Source of the DNA: an uncultured Mucilaginibacter sp.
GTDB lineage: Bacteria; Bacteroidota; Bacteroidia; Sphingobacteriales; Sphingobacteriaceae
Length of the DNA: 64,000 nt
NCBI GenBank assembly: GCA_903864275.1
Contig: CAIPFE010000035.1
Span: 24,874-88,873, forward strand
Reading direction: 5' to 3'
Both the position numbers and the translations under genes were made by a program. A model generated the notes under the pieces. The model did not search any database and was not told where the DNA came from. It saw only the letters and a list, made by a program, of their open reading frames with translations. This document shows positions 60,596-64,000 of the stretch, one piece after another. How positions within the stretch are numbered: position 1 is the stretch's first letter; each line of letters begins with the position of its first letter.

Positions 60596-60629
60596 ATAGC
60601 TAAGGTGACTTTATGAAAAATTAATCACC

Positions 60630-60645
60630 ACCCAATGTATTTGGT
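60630..60645. promoter_or_regulatory. Near-palindrome ACCCAATGTATTTGGT, a candidate XRE operator
   Basis: Inverted CCAA-N5-TTGG core, 35 nt upstream of the XRE start in the divergent intergenic region. Confidence 0.4.
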
Positions 60646-60740
60646 ATTTTATATTTTGATTTATCAGATTAATATTTAATATTTGATGTAACAACTTATC
60701 TTAATTTAACGAGATCGAAAAAAATTGACTATGGTTTATG

Positions 60741-60810
60741 GCCCGAGAGTGTAAGTCTCGAGACTACCCGGGACGGAATTTTTCCGTCTGATACTGGGTT
60801 GGTTCCCAAC
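60741..60810 (+). ncRNA. Candidate structured leader/ncRNA upstream of the NHL lipoprotein
   Basis: GC-rich island in an AT-rich spacer, with nested and competing stems (detailed in findings). Confidence 0.4.
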
Positions 60811-60859
60811 ACTTTATCATCTATATCAGGTTATACCTTAAATTATAATTCTATTAATC

Positions 60860-62821
60860 ATGAAAAAATTACTACTTCTTTTGTTTTTATTGCCTTACGT
60901 TCTCCTATTATCGAATTGTAGTAAAAATTCTGACAATAATACAAACCCTGTAGCTGTCGTAATTCCGACCCTAACAACCATAGCCATTAGCGGTGGTACA
61001 GGTACCACTGCTATAAGTGGCGGCGATATTACAAGTGATGGCGGAAGCGCAATCACTGCTGAAGGTGTCATTTGGAGCACAAGCCAGAACCCAACTATTT
61101 CGCTAACCACCAAAACAAGTAATGGCACTGCTGTAGGTAGTTTTACAAGTAATTTATCAGCGCTAACTGCCAATACAACCTACTACGTTGTGGCCTATGC
61201 TACCAATAGTGCTGGTACGGCTTATGGTAATCAAGTCACTTTTACAACAAATGCTGCAATACCAACACTAACAACAACTTCTATAAGTAGTATAACGGCT
61301 ACCACTGCCATAAGTGGTGGCAATATTACAAGTAACGGTGGAAGCGTAATCACTGCTGAAGGTGTCATTTGGAGCACAAGCCAGACCCCAACTATTTCGC
61401 TTACCACCAAAACAAGTAATGGTACCGCTGTAGGCGGTTTTACCAGTAATTTATCCGGGCTAACTGCTAATACAACCTATTATATTGTGGCCTATGCTAC
61501 CAATAGTGCTGGTACGGCTTACGGTAATCAAGTCACTTTTACAACAAATGCTGCAATACCAACACTAACAACAACTTCTATAAGTGGTATAACGGGTACG
61601 ACTGCCATAAGTGGCGGCAATATTACAAGTAACGGTGGAAGCGCAATCACTGCTGAAGGTATCATTTGGAGCACAAGCCAGAACCCAACTATTTCGCTTA
61701 CGACCAAAACAAGTAATGGCACCGCTGTAGGTAGTTTTACGAGTAATTTAACAGGGCTAACTGCCAATACAACCTACTATGTTGTAGCTTATGCTACCAA
61801 TAGTGCTGGCACGGCTTATGGTAATCAATTAACTATTACAACAGCTTCTATATATACCGTGACAACCCTGGCAGGCAGCGGTGCTCAAGGTTCAGCCAAT
61901 GGTATGGGTACAGCAGCTTCTTTTTATGGACCCACAGGAGTAGCAGTGGATGCTGCCGGCAATGTTTATGTAGGTGATGCAGTTAATAACCTAATCAGAA
62001 AGATCAGCCCTTCGGGTGTAGTGACCACCTTGGCAGGCAGCGGTGCTCAAGGTTCGGCAAATGGCACCGGCACCGCTGCTTCTTTCTATCTACCTCAGCA
62101 AGTAGCGGTGGATGCTGCGGGCAATGTCTATGTAGGTGATGCAGGCAATAACTTAATCCGGAAGATTAGCCCTTCGGGGGTAGTGATCACCCTGGCAGGC
62201 AGCGGTGCTCAAGGTTCAACCAATGGCACAGGTACAGCTGCTTCTTTTTCGGGACCTACTGGAGTAGCACTGGATGCTGCGGGCAATGTCTATGTAGCAG
62301 ATAGAGGTAATAACTTGATCAGAAAGATCAACCCTTCGGGTGTAGTGACCACCTTGGCAGGCAGCGGTGCTCAAGGTTCAGCGAATGGGACAGGCACCGC
62401 CGCTTCTTTTTCTACACCTCAGCAATTAGCAGTGGATGTTGTCGGCAATATCTATGTAGTTGAATTTAGTAACTTAATCAGAAAGATCGGCCCTTCGGGG
62501 GCAGTGTCCACCCTGGCAGGCAGCGGTGCTCAAGGTTCAGCCAATGGCACCGGCACCGCTGCTTCTTTTTATCTACCTCAGGGTGTAGCAGTTGATGTTG
62601 CGGGGAATGTCTACGTAGCTGATCAAGCCAATCAGCTAATCCGGAAGATCAGCGCTTTAGGGGTAGTGACAACCCTGGCAGGCAGCGGTGCTCAAGGTTC
62701 AGCCAATGGAACAGGAACGGTTGCTTCTTTTAATTCTCCTAATGGAGTAGCAGTGGATGCTGCCGGCAATGTCTATATAGCTGATACCGGTAACAATCTG
62801 ATTAGGAAGATTGCCCATTAA
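60860..62821 (+). CDS. Surface lipoprotein: 3 FN3-like repeats (99 aa each) plus 6 NHL repeats
   Basis: Lipobox LLSNC-SKNSD; 297-bp units starting at 60962, 61259 and 61556; 162-bp NHL units at 61868, 62030, 62192, 62354, 62513 (159-bp step) and 62675. Confidence 0.93.
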   Translation: MKKLLLLLFLLPYVLLLSNCSKNSDNNTNPVAVVIPTLTTIAISGGTGTTAISGGDITSDGGSAITAEGVIWSTSQNPTISLTTKTSNGTAVGSFTSNLSALTANTTYYVVAYATNSAGTAYGNQVTFTTNAAIPTLTTTSISSITATTAISGGNITSNGGSVITAEGVIWSTSQTPTISLTTKTSNGTAVGGFTSNLSGLTANTTYYIVAYATNSAGTAYGNQVTFTTNAAIPTLTTTSISGITGTTAISGGNITSNGGSAITAEGIIWSTSQNPTISLTTKTSNGTAVGSFTSNLTGLTANTTYYVVAYATNSAGTAYGNQLTITTASIYTVTTLAGSGAQGSANGMGTAASFYGPTGVAVDAAGNVYVGDAVNNLIRKISPSGVVTTLAGSGAQGSANGTGTAASFYLPQQVAVDAAGNVYVGDAGNNLIRKISPSGVVITLAGSGAQGSTNGTGTAASFSGPTGVALDAAGNVYVADRGNNLIRKINPSGVVTTLAGSGAQGSANGTGTAASFSTPQQLAVDVVGNIYVVEFSNLIRKIGPSGAVSTLAGSGAQGSANGTGTAASFYLPQGVAVDVAGNVYVADQANQLIRKISALGVVTTLAGSGAQGSANGTGTVASFNSPNGVAVDAAGNVYIADTGNNLIRKIAH

Positions 62822-63093
62822 TCGTGGTATAGTATATAGAAACTGTATAAAAAGATATATCATTGATGACCGATCCTTTATAAGATAAATTTTCTGACTA
62901 AATATGTCATCATTTAATTAAAAAAACATAGAATGGGAATATTATACTATGAGGGCAGAAAATAATATTCTTTAATCGTTTTTAAATCGATAAAGGCCGA
63001 AATCCTAATATTAAAAAAGTACGTATTAAATTTAAACTTGCGGCTAAGTTTCAATGTCAAAAATTAAGCATAGTGTTTTATAATTTATAAATT

Positions 63094-63762
63094 ATGGAAG
63101 ATATCATTACATTTTTAGAAAATAGTGAAGTAGGAAATACTCTTTATTATCCAGGAGCATTTGAAGACAGTAGTCCGTTAGAGTTATTTGCAATGAATAG
63201 CAGCATTAAAAAATTTATTTATACAGATTATTGTCCTCAAAGGCCAAATGTTAAAGAAATGTTAAACCAACTCGATGATTGGGAAATTTTAAAATATGAA
63301 CATATTGAACCTGATTTTTTTGGCCAGCAACATTGGAATAATTTTATGCCAAATTTCAGAATGTTAAAAAGACTAAACATCAACATTGGGGAAGGTTGGG
63401 GTTCTAAATATTTATTAATTAATACCATGACGAAAAAAGAAATTGAATTTATTTATTTGGGAACCGATGGAATAGAAACAGTTAATGTTTTGATACCTTA
63501 TGGTTACAAGCCGGATATTATCGTACTGCAAGATCATGGATATGGAGGGAATTATTCAACATTTGGCCTTAAAGAAAATGGTGAACCTTCTGAATTATCT
63601 CAATATTTAGCAGAAAGGGGAAAACTACCAACGTATCTTTTTGCTTCCTTAGGGGATGCCACAACAATCTGGCCCGGTTATCATCAAATTACTGATCCCA
63701 TAATATGCAAAGGTGCCTTGCATCAAAATGAAAGGGCATTATTTAAAATAACAAATGTTTAA
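63094..63762 (+). CDS. Hypothetical protein, AT-rich
   Basis: 222 aa ORF with ATG start and AT-rich codons; LYYPGAFED...FIYTDY pattern. Confidence 0.7.
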   Translation: MEDIITFLENSEVGNTLYYPGAFEDSSPLELFAMNSSIKKFIYTDYCPQRPNVKEMLNQLDDWEILKYEHIEPDFFGQQHWNNFMPNFRMLKRLNINIGEGWGSKYLLINTMTKKEIEFIYLGTDGIETVNVLIPYGYKPDIIVLQDHGYGGNYSTFGLKENGEPSELSQYLAERGKLPTYLFASLGDATTIWPGYHQITDPIICKGALHQNERALFKITNV

Positions 63763-64000
63763 ACTACAGTTCACAATTCTATGTGCCTAAACTCACCAAA
63801 ACGCCACGCTTTTGGCCATTGCGCTGCATTCCAGCGTTAAAAACTGAGTGTTACCGCGAAATTTTCGTTTATGCACATTTTTAATATTCACGAAAATAGA
63901 CCAATTGATTTTCAGGTTTTTACGATAAAAAATTGCCTGTGCTGTTGCGAAGTGTACGGTGTCAGAGATTAGAGATCAGTGATTAGAGATTGGTTTCTTA

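Noticed and set aside
63763-63900. Minus-strand TATTTTCG box at about 63890 with short downstream ORFs
   Set aside because: The ORFs are 13-27 codons with no recognisable similarity; the evidence is too weak to call.
60196-64000. Prophage or ICE boundary at the XRE gene
   Set aside because: No integrase, tRNA att site, direct repeats or phage genes are visible; it is only reported as an accessory block.

Overview
Chromosomal window from a Bacteroidota genome, most likely Sphingobacteriaceae (Mucilaginibacter-like). This is inferred from TAnnTTTG -7 promoter boxes, sprA, a short CarB and the gene order. It is mostly core genes: sdaA (partial), an RDD/DUF95/DUF4129/DUF4350/MoxR/DUF58 cluster, mscS, groESL, the miaB-sigma54 activator-lptE-hyp-secG operon, sprA, ruvA, maeB, a LysM lytic transglycosylase, gatA, two tatA/B-family genes, an EnvC-like/DUF4292/TPR/dut/flippase cluster, rlmN, comF, glyA, carB, panD, greA, a HIT protein, ruvC and aat. 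An AT-rich accessory block (XRE regulator, FN3-NHL lipoprotein, orphan) sits at the right end. I saw no tRNA, rRNA, CRISPR array, integrase or transposase. The best leads are: (1) a candidate sigma54/enhancer-binding-protein circuit controlling groESL, with a shared TGnCA-N3-TGTCA palindrome upstream of groES and over the activator operon's own -33 region; (2) an XRE-operator-structured-leader module in front of the NHL lipoprotein; (3) about 20 intergenic period-7 repeat arrays and REP-like hairpins, which also appear in frame inside MiaB and at protein termini; (4) three unannotated gene relics and one frameshifted gene; (5) a greA leader terminator and several probably leaderless mRNAs. Family names were assigned from recognised motifs, not from database searches.
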